This document shows, in pieces, positions 1 through 9,091 of a stretch of DNA of 64,000 nt (its first letter is position 1; each line of letters opens with the position of its first letter). Below the pieces are notes generated by a model. It did no database searches. It was not told where the DNA came from and saw nothing but the letters and a program-made list of their open reading frames with translations. Both the position numbers and the translations under genes were made by a program. Source of the stretch: Armatimonadota bacterium (GTDB lineage Bacteria; Armatimonadota; Fimbriimonadia; Fimbriimonadales; Fimbriimonadaceae); the NCBI GenBank assembly GCA_031400935.1, contig JANNQV010000017.1, positions 62,001 to 126,000 on the forward strand. The letters run 5' to 3'.

Positions 1-1060
1 CATTATTGGGCTCCTTCTCACAAGTTATTTTATGATCCAACTCATAGCGTCTCCAAGATGGGGCAAACTGAGCGACCGCATCGGGCGCAAGCCCGTTTTT
101 CTTGTCTGCACCGCTCTTTCTTCCCTCTCAATGGTGATTTATGCTTTTGTCCCAAGCCTGATTGGAATTCTGATTGCACGAATTCTGGGCGGATTGGCGG
201 CTGCCAATGTAGTTGTCGGACAGGCGTACCTAGCGGACCTAACGGATGAAAGAGAACGTGGGGCAGCAATGGGGAGATCAAGTAGCGCACTTTTGCTCGG
301 ATTGGTCGCGGGTCCTGCGATCGGCGGACATCTCGCGGCGACGGGCGGTTCGTATCTTCTCGGAACAGTTGCAGCGACAATGTCTGCACTTGCATGTGTT
401 GCTATCTTGATTTGGATTCCTTGGCAAAAGCCAACGGAAGAAAGAGCGCCGGGAGTTAAGAACTTTGGCTTCGATTTGAGCCTATTGCGAGATATTCCAG
501 CCTTGCGAAGAATATTGGTGATTGCGGTTTCCGGCTGGTTTGTACTAGCATGTTTGGAAGGCACATTTGGTCGCCTAATTCAGCACACGCTTGGATATGG
601 CCAACGGGAATTCGGATGGCTTTTCAGCTATGAATCGTTGTTCGCCGCTGGGATCGGCCTCATTTATGGTTTCCTTTCAAACCGGATTTCCGTAGGCTGG
701 ATGCTACGAATCGGGTTCATTTCTGTTGCCGTTGGAGTGGCCCTAACTCCGGTTGCCCCAAACCTTTTGGGATTGGCGTTGGCAAGCTCATTTTGGGCTT
801 TTGGACTTGGTTTGGCTAATCCAACGATCAACACATATTGCAGCGCCATTACGCCCGAGGATCGGCAAGGAGAGGTTTTCGGGCTGATTCAGTCATCGCG
901 AAGCATTGGGTTCATTGTTGGCCCCATCCTTGGCGGTGTGCTTTTCGATTTGTTGCCCGCACTTCCCTACTACTTTGCTGCGGCCGTCGCATTTGTAGCG
1001 GCGCTCTTTGTGGGGAGTCCAAAAATTGCAAAAAAAGCGGCGATCCAAGAAACAATTTGA
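1..1060 (+). CDS. MFS transporter (TetA/DHA1-like), 5'-truncated by the window
   Basis: MFS motif A (WGKLSDRIGRKP), motif C (GPAIGG), multiple TM helices. Confidence 0.9.
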   Translation, partial: IIGLLLTSYFMIQLIASPRWGKLSDRIGRKPVFLVCTALSSLSMVIYAFVPSLIGILIARILGGLAAANVVVGQAYLADLTDERERGAAMGRSSSALLLGLVAGPAIGGHLAATGGSYLLGTVAATMSALACVAILIWIPWQKPTEERAPGVKNFGFDLSLLRDIPALRRILVIAVSGWFVLACLEGTFGRLIQHTLGYGQREFGWLFSYESLFAAGIGLIYGFLSNRISVGWMLRIGFISVAVGVALTPVAPNLLGLALASSFWAFGLGLANPTINTYCSAITPEDRQGEVFGLIQSSRSIGFIVGPILGGVLFDLLPALPYYFAAAVAFVAALFVGSPKIAKKAAIQETI

Positions 1061-1112
1061 AGCTAGTCTGTCATTAAGCTAAGTTCAGTCATTGGTGTCG
1101 AAGCTCACCACC

Positions 1113-2432
1113 CTACACTTTCCGATTCTTTCGGTTCGCCCACCAAAGGACTCCAACGACTGGGAGCCAGAATGGCGAGTAGACAAAGATGAAGATTACG
1201 ACGCTGCCGAGAAATTGGAGGCCCGCTTGCAAGCCATTGACGGCAGTGTTCCACGTCTCTTCGAATGCGCCTTTCGGTTCTTCGACGGCTTCCCGTTTCT
1301 TAGTCTTTTCTTCAAAAGTCGCAGTAATTGTCGAGAGTGAGGCAAGGTCCTTTAGCGAAAGAACTTGAGCGGTCAGGCTTTCGATCTCTTGTCGAACACC
1401 TGACAGCCGCTCCTTGATTTCGAGCATCTCGCCGACTCTTCGAGCCGCGCGAAGCATTGTGATGTAACTTTCTTCTTCGGCTTTGAGAACCTTGATTCTG
1501 GCGCCGGTGTCGGCGACTTGAGCAGTTACATCTTGCCCGCTGGAACTTTCGTTGATCACATCTCCAAGCGCCCGAATCTGTTTCATCGCAGAATCAAATC
1601 GAACGGCAGGAACTCGCATCACAACCATTCCTGTTGGGTTTTCGCCCTTCAGATCTGAAGAATTGCTGTTGATAACGAAACCACCCAGGCCTTCGGCAAT
1701 CGAACCTGATTTTGCCATAGCATCGGCGACGCTTGGGACTCGGCAGTTTACATCTGCATTCTTGACGACAAGTCGGTTGGAGCCTTTCATCGGAACTGTT
1801 GTTCCGGGTTGTGTTTCCCCTTCCTTGTGCCACTGATTAGTTGCTCCGGTCTTGTCACTTGTTTCGGTGCGAACTCGAGATTTCGCATCTAGCTCAGCAT
1901 TTTGCTGGAATCCAAGTCCACCAGGTATTCGCCCATTATCACTTGGACCACCACCGGCATCGCGACCATTCGCAAAGGCGTATGGAGCTTCCTCAGCGGG
2001 GCTTGCAGTCGCTGGCATATCGGCAGACTTGTTCTTTGCCATTTCACCAGCCGCTGCCTCTTGTTTTGCTCGCGAAAGAGCAGTAGTTCTCAATGCCCCC
2101 GACTTCGACTGGGCAAAGACAGGAAAGAAAACTGCGCCAATAAGCGCACAACAGCCAATAGCAATCGCCGTTTGAAATGCAAACGGCATTTTTAGGAATG
2201 CAAAAGAAGCAAATCGCCCATTCGCATTTCGCACTTTCTCAATGGCAAATGCCCTTCCAGCCACTTCTGGATCTGCGGCTGCACGACGAATCTCAAATCC
2301 TAACATCTTCATGAATTCTGCCTCCTGCGCAAGCTCGGGGTCAGCGGCGATGGCAGCTTCAATTTCGGCGGCGCGAGCCTCGCTCAATTCGCCGTCAACA
2401 TAAGCCTTCAAATCTTCTCGAATATCGTTCAT
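1113..2432 (-). CDS. Anti-sigma factor N-terminus + TM segment + DUF4349 domain
   Basis: LKAYVDGELS anti-sigma start; ATGA overlap with ECF sigma gene; DUF4349-like RVP..DVT..D..AR..IE.L motifs; C-terminal TM. Confidence 0.8.
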   Translation of the reverse strand: MNDIREDLKAYVDGELSEARAAEIEAAIAADPELAQEAEFMKMLGFEIRRAAADPEVAGRAFAIEKVRNANGRFASFAFLKMPFAFQTAIAIGCCALIGAVFFPVFAQSKSGALRTTALSRAKQEAAAGEMAKNKSADMPATASPAEEAPYAFANGRDAGGGPSDNGRIPGGLGFQQNAELDAKSRVRTETSDKTGATNQWHKEGETQPGTTVPMKGSNRLVVKNADVNCRVPSVADAMAKSGSIAEGLGGFVINSNSSDLKGENPTGMVVMRVPAVRFDSAMKQIRALGDVINESSSGQDVTAQVADTGARIKVLKAEEESYITMLRAARRVGEMLEIKERLSGVRQEIESLTAQVLSLKDLASLSTITATFEEKTKKREAVEEPKGAFEETWNTAVNGLQAGLQFLGSVVIFIFVYSPFWLPVVGVLWWANRKNRKV

Positions 2433-2941
2433 GCCATTGCCTCCGCTCCGATGAGCGCTCTGCGCAAAGCCATAAATGCGTGGTGGAGCCTTGATTTGAC
2501 CGTTCCCACCGGAATCCCTAATACTCCAGCCGCCTCTTCATAAGTGAGGCCGTCAATCTCGTGCAAAAGCACAACCTCGCGGTGCTCTTCGCTTAGCGTT
2601 TTCAGGGCCTTGCGAAGCATTTCCCGGTTGATCAGCGTGCTTTCTGGGTTTTCGGTCGGTTCGTTCATGATCCAATCCACTGGTTCGACTTTGCGTTTTC
2701 GAACGGAGTTTCGAACATGGTTGTGCGCGATTCCAAAAAGCCAGGTTGCTATGGTAGACCTTCCTTCAAAGTTCTTGATCGTTTTCTGCGCGGAGATGAA
2801 GGTCTCTTGCGCCAAATCTGGGGCAAGCTCTGTTCCAACCCGCCGCGCTAAAAAGCGAAAAACAGCGTCGTAGTTTTGGTCCACCAGTCGAGCCATCGCA
2901 TCGCGGTCGCCCTTTCTGGCCAATTGAAGATCGGCATCCAT
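2429..2941 (-). CDS. ECF RNA polymerase sigma factor
   Basis: Region 2 DLAQETF/TWLFGIAHN; region 4 LTYEEAAGVLGIPVGTVKSRL. Confidence 0.95.
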   Translation of the reverse strand: MDADLQLARKGDRDAMARLVDQNYDAVFRFLARRVGTELAPDLAQETFISAQKTIKNFEGRSTIATWLFGIAHNHVRNSVRKRKVEPVDWIMNEPTENPESTLINREMLRKALKTLSEEHREVVLLHEIDGLTYEEAAGVLGIPVGTVKSRLHHAFMALRRALIGAEAMA

Positions 2942-3150
2942 GTATGTCCGTTCTGGAAGGTTAGTGTAGGGACGTTGGGAAAGGGTTCAAAGGGATTGCG
3001 GAATTTGGATCGTTGGCGGTTGTCCGTTGTTGGTTGTTGGTTGTCAGTTACCGCTCTCCGCACTCTGACCTCCCCTCGCCGCCAACTGCAATCCGCTAAC
3101 TGCCAACCGCAAATCAAACAACTCAAAAAAAGTGCAAAAATGATTCCGGC

Positions 3151-4098
3151 ATGGCATTCCGCCCAAAAGTAACTCTCTCGAAGTCGAGCATCGGTCTATA
3201 TGAAGAATGCCCGCGAAAGTGGGCGCTCCATTATCAATGCTATCGCACCCCGATGGACATTCGGCGTGAAGTCATGTTTCAAAAACGGCTGATGGGGTAT
3301 TTCGCGCTTGTAGGGCAAGTTGCCGACGATGCGATTACCTATTCTCTTCGCAAATATGTCGAAAAAGGCGAATGGCCCAAAGACTTAGGGAAAGGCATTC
3401 GGAAACTGGTTCAACAGTATCTCGACGAAACGCAAAGATGGCAATACTTGCACGAATCAGGCTCAGATGAGCCCGGCGACGGACGACGTCAGCCGATTGA
3501 CCGATATTTTTTTGACGGGTTGCCGGGCGAGGAAGAAAAGGAAGAAATCGCACTAAAGGTAGCCGAATTTGTGGACGCCTGGTTTGCCTCGCAAGTTCCC
3601 CAAATGCTCATTGATTTTGGCGTTGAAACTTGGGAAGTTCCCATCGTCAACATTACTCCAAACTTTCAATTTGAGAAAATTACCATCTGGGCGAAGTACG
3701 ATTTTGCTATACGAACCAAGGAGGAAACGATCCTGTTCGATTGGAAAACAGGCCGGGTTTCTGATTATTCTGAAAACGAGATTCGGGACCAACTGCACAC
3801 ATACGCAGAGTTTGCTATTCGAGAATGGGGAGCGGAGCCAGGCAAAATCAAGCTCTATGGAGTTTGGCTTGCTGCAGGTGCGGAAAATTGCCTAACGCCG
3901 TATCCGTTTGAAGAATTTCGATTGGGGAACCTGGAACGCGAATGGCTCGCGAAGCATGAAACTTTCGTTCACCTCTTAGAATCTGCAGGCAAGAACTTCG
4001 AGCACCTCTTTGATGTGTTCCCAATGACACAGCAAGTTCATCGTTGCAAGGGATGCAAATTTCGGGTTTGCGAAGGGTTCAGCCGCGTCGAAATTTGA
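3151..4098 (+). CDS. Standalone PD-(D/E)xK nuclease (Cas4/AddB-like, probable Fe-S)
   Basis: N-terminal LSKSSI..YEECPRKW; YDF..FDWKTG; QL..YA; C-terminal CKGCKFRVC. Confidence 0.85.
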   Translation: MAFRPKVTLSKSSIGLYEECPRKWALHYQCYRTPMDIRREVMFQKRLMGYFALVGQVADDAITYSLRKYVEKGEWPKDLGKGIRKLVQQYLDETQRWQYLHESGSDEPGDGRRQPIDRYFFDGLPGEEEKEEIALKVAEFVDAWFASQVPQMLIDFGVETWEVPIVNITPNFQFEKITIWAKYDFAIRTKEETILFDWKTGRVSDYSENEIRDQLHTYAEFAIREWGAEPGKIKLYGVWLAAGAENCLTPYPFEEFRLGNLEREWLAKHETFVHLLESAGKNFEHLFDVFPMTQQVHRCKGCKFRVCEGFSRVEI

Positions 4099-4100
4099 CT

Positions 4101-4165
4101 TGGACTTATAGGACAAAAAGAACAGGTAGGACAAATTTGTTCTACCTGTCCTACCTGTCCTACTG
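4101..4165. repeat. 9-mer tandem/inverted repeat between convergent genes
   Basis: acaggtaggacaaa/tttgttctacctgt imperfect palindrome plus cctacctgt-type repeats. Confidence 0.6.
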
Positions 4166-4186
4166 GTCTGCTCTAGCCAAGCAATC

Positions 4187-5818
4187 CTATGGAGGAGGAG
4201 CCTCGAAGCTTGCTTCAAGCTGAGCAAAGTCCACCGAGTACAGCCACTGCGTTGTTCCGCCAGCGCGGTTCACTGGAATGTGCCCGCGAAGCCGGATCGA
4301 GACAAGTCCATTTGAATCCACATAACGGTTCATGTTTGCAACCGTTACGACAGAGTCGCTTTCCGTTACTCGTGTGGGGAAAGACTTCTTGAAGTCCCAA
4401 CGGTTGAACTGATAGTTCCAAAGCCATACCATTCCAGTTGAGGCGATGGAAGACTTCGTTCGGAACTTGAAGTTGAAGTCGAACAGTTCGTTCAAAGGAC
4501 GATCAAGCTGAGCAGTCATTTCGATGCCGCCTTGCGAGCCTGCGCGGCCTTGCGTAGCCGTGATCATCTGAAGGAACGTGCCGTCTGCGAATTCAAGATC
4601 GGCTGAGCTTCCCGTTGAAGAAGTTCCCACGAACATATCGGCTGTAAGCATAGTAAGCTGGGTTTGGGCGGTGATTGTCGTTGACAAAACAGCCGTATGA
4701 GCGTTCACTCTGCCAAAGATCACATAGTTGCCTTGCACTGGATCACAGGAGTCAGTGATCGCATCAAAAACGTCTTGCGAAGTCATGCTTGGTCCGCCAC
4801 GCGACCAGATAAGTCCAGCAACGCCTGCAACAACTGGGCAAGACATTGAAGTTCCATCCCATGATTCATATCCGCTACCCAATACAGTGCTCAAAATCTG
4901 AGAACCAGGAGCGGTTACATGCACCCAGTTTCCATATTGAGAAAAGCTCGAGCGAGAATCATCTGGGTCGCTTGATGCGACTGCCATGCAACCAACTAAC
5001 GCGGCTGGATATGACTTTTGGGTCGTTCCATTGTTGCCGGCGGAAGCGCAGACAAAAACATTATTGTTTCGCGCATAGGTAACGGCGTCTTGCTCAGCTT
5101 GCGAAGTTCCACTACCGCCAAGTGACATGTTGATTACATTTGCATTGTTATCAGATGCCCAGATTATGGCTTCTAAAAGGTCTGCTTCCGAGAAGCCAAA
5201 GTCACCGGCTCTAATTGCCATAACTTTGATGTTATAGCCAACTCCAGCAATACCAACTGAATTATTGGTCCCCGCTGCGATGATTCCTGAGACGTGGGTG
5301 CCGTGGCCAATTCCGCCTTCATCGGTCGGATCGTTGTCATTATCAACGACATCCCTCGAATCCGACGTAAATTTCCCAAAAAGGTCAGGATGGTCTAACT
5401 GCACGCCTGTATCTATGACGGCGACTTTTACGGTAGGATCGCCTGTTGTTATATCCCATGCCTCCGGCAAATCAATCCGATCAATCACCCATTGTTGACC
5501 AGTCATAGGATCGTTTGGCAAAGCGGTTGGAAACCGAAGCAAATTCTTTTCCACTCTAGAAACAAATGGAAGTCTAGATAGGGCAGTAGATGCTTGACCG
5601 ATTGTACGGCCTGCTACTGAAAACCGAACGCGTACCCACCCGATTTGCGGATACCGCTCCATTTCAGTCATGCCGACAGCCGCCAAAGCAATTACCGTCG
5701 AATTGGCATTTGGCTTCAATTTGAACAAAAGCTCTCCGTCTCGCCATTGCGTCAAAGCATGGCTTGCAACAGAAATCCCTGCTAAAGCAAGGACGCATAT
5801 AAATTTTCTTGCATTCAT
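4187..5818 (-). CDS. Secreted S8 subtilisin-like serine peptidase with C-terminal domain
   Basis: Signal peptide; VAVIDTG, HGTHVSG, GTSMSCP catalytic triad. Confidence 0.95.
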   Translation of the reverse strand: MNARKFICVLALAGISVASHALTQWRDGELLFKLKPNANSTVIALAAVGMTEMERYPQIGWVRVRFSVAGRTIGQASTALSRLPFVSRVEKNLLRFPTALPNDPMTGQQWVIDRIDLPEAWDITTGDPTVKVAVIDTGVQLDHPDLFGKFTSDSRDVVDNDNDPTDEGGIGHGTHVSGIIAAGTNNSVGIAGVGYNIKVMAIRAGDFGFSEADLLEAIIWASDNNANVINMSLGGSGTSQAEQDAVTYARNNNVFVCASAGNNGTTQKSYPAALVGCMAVASSDPDDSRSSFSQYGNWVHVTAPGSQILSTVLGSGYESWDGTSMSCPVVAGVAGLIWSRGGPSMTSQDVFDAITDSCDPVQGNYVIFGRVNAHTAVLSTTITAQTQLTMLTADMFVGTSSTGSSADLEFADGTFLQMITATQGRAGSQGGIEMTAQLDRPLNELFDFNFKFRTKSSIASTGMVWLWNYQFNRWDFKKSFPTRVTESDSVVTVANMNRYVDSNGLVSIRLRGHIPVNRAGGTTQWLYSVDFAQLEASFEAPPP

Positions 5819-5964
5819 GACAAATTCTCCTGATTAGAACTCAGATATTAATAATACACGAACTTCTATCAAAAAGTCGCAATTTCAACTCAATAGATGA
5901 TAGATAATTTGCAATTGTTCCCACCATCTGTTCTGTTCAGATTCCCCTTGGTACAATAGAACCT

Positions 5965-7155
5965 ATGGATTTTTCCCCTACGTCCGAACACGAACTCATT
6001 CGCGAATCGGCATACCAATTCGGTCAGAAAGCGATTGTTCCAGGTTTGCAAATGCGGGATCGGGAATCGAAGTCTGACCCGGACATATTGAAAAAAATGG
6101 GGGAATCAGGGATGCTTGGCGTGAGCATTCCCGCCAAATACGGCGGAAGCGATACCGACTACATCAGCCTCGGAATTGTCAGCGAGGAGCTAGAACGAGC
6201 GGACACTTCGGCTCGGGTTATCATTTCAGTTCACAGCGGGCTGCACAGCATGACACTACTTCAATGGGGAACTGAAGAACAAAAGCAAAGATGGCTTCCA
6301 AAGCTCGCAACGGGAGAACTCGTCGGCGGATTTGGATTGACTGAGCCAAACGCAGGTTCCGATGCAGCAAACCTCAAAACAACTGCAACAAAAGACGGCA
6401 ACCATTACGTTTTGAACGGTCAAAAGGCATGGATTTCGCTGAGTGATTACGCCGATCAGTTTTTGATTGTCACACGACTTGCTAAGACAGATGCAAAAGC
6501 ACCTTTCGCTGCGTTTATTGTTGATCGGAATCTCGCAGGGTTTTCTAGCAAGCCAATTCATGGCAAATTGGGCGTTCGCGCCGGGAATACTGGCGAGCTA
6601 TTCTTTGACAACATGCGAGTTCACAAAGACTGCATGTTGGGTGAAGAGGGCGATGGATTCAAAGTCGCGATGAGCGCTCTCGATCATGGGCGGTATACCG
6701 TTGGGGCAGGTGCTGTTGGAATCATCACGGCTTGCCTAGATGCATCGGTGAAATATGCGAACGAGCGAACGGTCGGCGGCGAAGCGATAGGCAAAAAGCA
6801 GCTTGTGCAGCAAATGATCGCTGCTATGGTTCAGGGACGAGAAGTAGGAAGGCTCCTCTATTACAAGGTCGGCTGGATGAAGAACACCGGTCAGCGTCAT
6901 ACGAAAGAAGTTTCAATGTGCAAATGGGTGAACTGCGCAGCGGCATTTGATGCTGCGAACAAGGCAGTCGAGATTCATGGTGCCTATGGATTTTGCGACG
7001 AGTTTCCTGTCGAGAGGTATTTCCGCAACTCACGCGGTGCGATGATCTATGAAGGGACTCACGAGATTCACACGCTTATGCAAGCGGAATACGAGTTGGG
7101 TTATCGAAGCGATAAGCCGATTGCAAGAGTTCTGCCGCCTTGGCCGGTGAGGTGA
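5965..7155 (+). CDS. Acyl-CoA dehydrogenase
   Basis: FGLTEPNAGSDA, LNGQKAWIS, IHGAYG, IYEGT. Confidence 0.95.
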   Translation: MDFSPTSEHELIRESAYQFGQKAIVPGLQMRDRESKSDPDILKKMGESGMLGVSIPAKYGGSDTDYISLGIVSEELERADTSARVIISVHSGLHSMTLLQWGTEEQKQRWLPKLATGELVGGFGLTEPNAGSDAANLKTTATKDGNHYVLNGQKAWISLSDYADQFLIVTRLAKTDAKAPFAAFIVDRNLAGFSSKPIHGKLGVRAGNTGELFFDNMRVHKDCMLGEEGDGFKVAMSALDHGRYTVGAGAVGIITACLDASVKYANERTVGGEAIGKKQLVQQMIAAMVQGREVGRLLYYKVGWMKNTGQRHTKEVSMCKWVNCAAAFDAANKAVEIHGAYGFCDEFPVERYFRNSRGAMIYEGTHEIHTLMQAEYELGYRSDKPIARVLPPWPVR

Positions 7156-7162
7156 ATTGATT

Positions 7163-7210
7163 CCCCCTCCTCTTTCTCCTTCGTCGAAAAAGGAGGGGGC
7201 TAGGGGGTGG
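7163..7210. repeat. REP-like C/G-rich palindrome (relatives at 24833-24879 and 54219-54260)
   Basis: ccccctcct...aggaggggg followed by a G-rich tail; same layout at the other two sites. Confidence 0.6.
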
Positions 7211-7221
7211 AGTTCCGCGAG

Positions 7222-9027
7222 TTACCTCTGCCATGACCAAACCTTAACTGCAACCTCAGCTAATCGCTCCGAACGCTTTCGAACCGCACCTAAGTTCCAC
7301 AGTCCATCGTGATCTTTCAGATCTCTCGCCAACGCCGTAATCTCCGAATAAGAATTCACCTTTGTAACAAAAATACTTTGACCCGCAAAACTATTCGCTG
7401 GTAGGCTCACGAGGCAGAGATTTCCAATACTGTTGATCAATGTCTCAAATTTCGGATGCTCGACTTCAGTGCCCAAATAAACCGCCCAAGAACTGTCGAG
7501 GGTTTGCGGAATGACATGTTCGATAGTCCGAAGGCTGCTGTAGTCCGGGTACTGGTCGTGTTTTTGCATTCCGCGATCTATTTCGGACAGCACCATTCTC
7601 CCGAAAGCAAGGTCGCGAGTACGATAAAGCGCTTTGTTGACGAAGGCTTCGACAAATTCCTGGTCCGAAACCCAAACTTCGTTCTTTTGAAAATGTTGGT
7701 GTAACGCCTTGACCGGATCGGCTTCGTGAGCAACCTGTACAAAAAGCCTTGGGAACATCGTGTCATACACAGTTGTTGGCTGCTCGGTCATTTTGCGCCG
7801 GACCAGCATAGTGAGCGTTTGGTCCAGAAGTCGCACAGCTAAGTCTTTACCGATGGCTTCTTGATTCAAATTCCGGATGAGGTCGAGCAAAAACGGCGTC
7901 GAACTCTCCATTCTCGTGTTGGCAATGTGCTCCAATATTCTGCGAACATCTTTATCAGGGTAAATGTGCTCCTCTGGCTCAACAATACAGCCGAATAGTT
8001 TCGCGCTGTCGTGGATCTCCTGAAGCTTCTGCCGGGCGACTACAGCATCGAGATCCTTATACCGATTTTTGAAGTGAACGTAGACCTTTCGGCTGGTGCC
8101 CACCATTTTACGTTCGCCAATTGAGAACAAGTTTCGGAGATATTCCTCGAATGTACTTCGATGCCTGAATTCTCGCAACGCCGCAAGCCAAAGATGGTTG
8201 TGAAGCTCCTCAAAATCGGAGACTTCCGTAAGCGGCCTGAAAAGATAGCTGCAAATCAGCTCGCTTGCCGATAGCGGCATGCCCTTATCGTTCAAGCTTT
8301 CGAAGATAGCTTGTGGGTCGTCTTTTCCGTCCTCCAATGGAATCCAAACGATTTTGAGGCAATCGAAAATCGCCGTTGCCAACTGCCACAATTTCGACAC
8401 ATCCTGAAAACCCAGCCGCATTTTCCTTTCGGCATACGCCACAAATGCATCCACTTGATTGGCCCCGGGCTGATAAAGCTCGATGTCGGTGTGATAGTGT
8501 GGAGACCGAGGATTATGCTCTGTTCCGAATATCGCCCGGTAGGTCGGCAGGCGATCGCCCTTTATGGAAAATAGCTTCAATTTTTGATAATCGTCGTCCG
8601 ACGAAGTTTCATTGATTAGCCACTTTCCGATTTCAGAACGGTACTTCGAGGCGTCGCTAGATTTGGTTTGCAAGGCTTCGAGACGGCGATAAATGATTCC
8701 CAAAAGCAAGTAAACCGTGGTTATGCGCTGTTGCCCGTCAATAACAAGAAATCGTTTGATGCCGTCATTGCTTCCCTTCTTTTCCAGCACGACAATTGGG
8801 CCGAAGAAGTGCTCAATTTCACTGGCATGGTCGCCTGCTTCGAGATCGGGAATGATGTGGTCGTTGATGTCTTCGAGAAGCTGGTCCCACTGCCGCCTTT
8901 CCCATGCGTAGCCTCTTTGAAAGAACGGGATTTCAAACTGAATGTCATCGGTGAATACAGAGCGGAATGTCCGGTTGCCGATTGTTTCTGTGCTTTGTTG
9001 CCTTTCAGTTTCAATTGTCATTTCCAT
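7222..9027 (-). CDS. DUF262-DUF1524 (GmrSD-like) modification-dependent restriction nuclease
   Basis: IPFFQRGYAW, VIDGQQRITT, IFESLN (DUF262); IEHVIPQ..IGNLCLV..AN (HNH-type DUF1524); start moved to ATG 9027. Confidence 0.9.
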   Translation of the reverse strand: MEMTIETERQQSTETIGNRTFRSVFTDDIQFEIPFFQRGYAWERRQWDQLLEDINDHIIPDLEAGDHASEIEHFFGPIVVLEKKGSNDGIKRFLVIDGQQRITTVYLLLGIIYRRLEALQTKSSDASKYRSEIGKWLINETSSDDDYQKLKLFSIKGDRLPTYRAIFGTEHNPRSPHYHTDIELYQPGANQVDAFVAYAERKMRLGFQDVSKLWQLATAIFDCLKIVWIPLEDGKDDPQAIFESLNDKGMPLSASELICSYLFRPLTEVSDFEELHNHLWLAALREFRHRSTFEEYLRNLFSIGERKMVGTSRKVYVHFKNRYKDLDAVVARQKLQEIHDSAKLFGCIVEPEEHIYPDKDVRRILEHIANTRMESSTPFLLDLIRNLNQEAIGKDLAVRLLDQTLTMLVRRKMTEQPTTVYDTMFPRLFVQVAHEADPVKALHQHFQKNEVWVSDQEFVEAFVNKALYRTRDLAFGRMVLSEIDRGMQKHDQYPDYSSLRTIEHVIPQTLDSSWAVYLGTEVEHPKFETLINSIGNLCLVSLPANSFAGQSIFVTKVNSYSEITALARDLKDHDGLWNLGAVRKRSERLAEVAVKVWSWQR

Positions 9028-9091
9028 TCTTTTTACACCCTGCCCAACTCCTCCATCATCTTCATACCTCAAATAAGGGAGGAGCTCCCGC

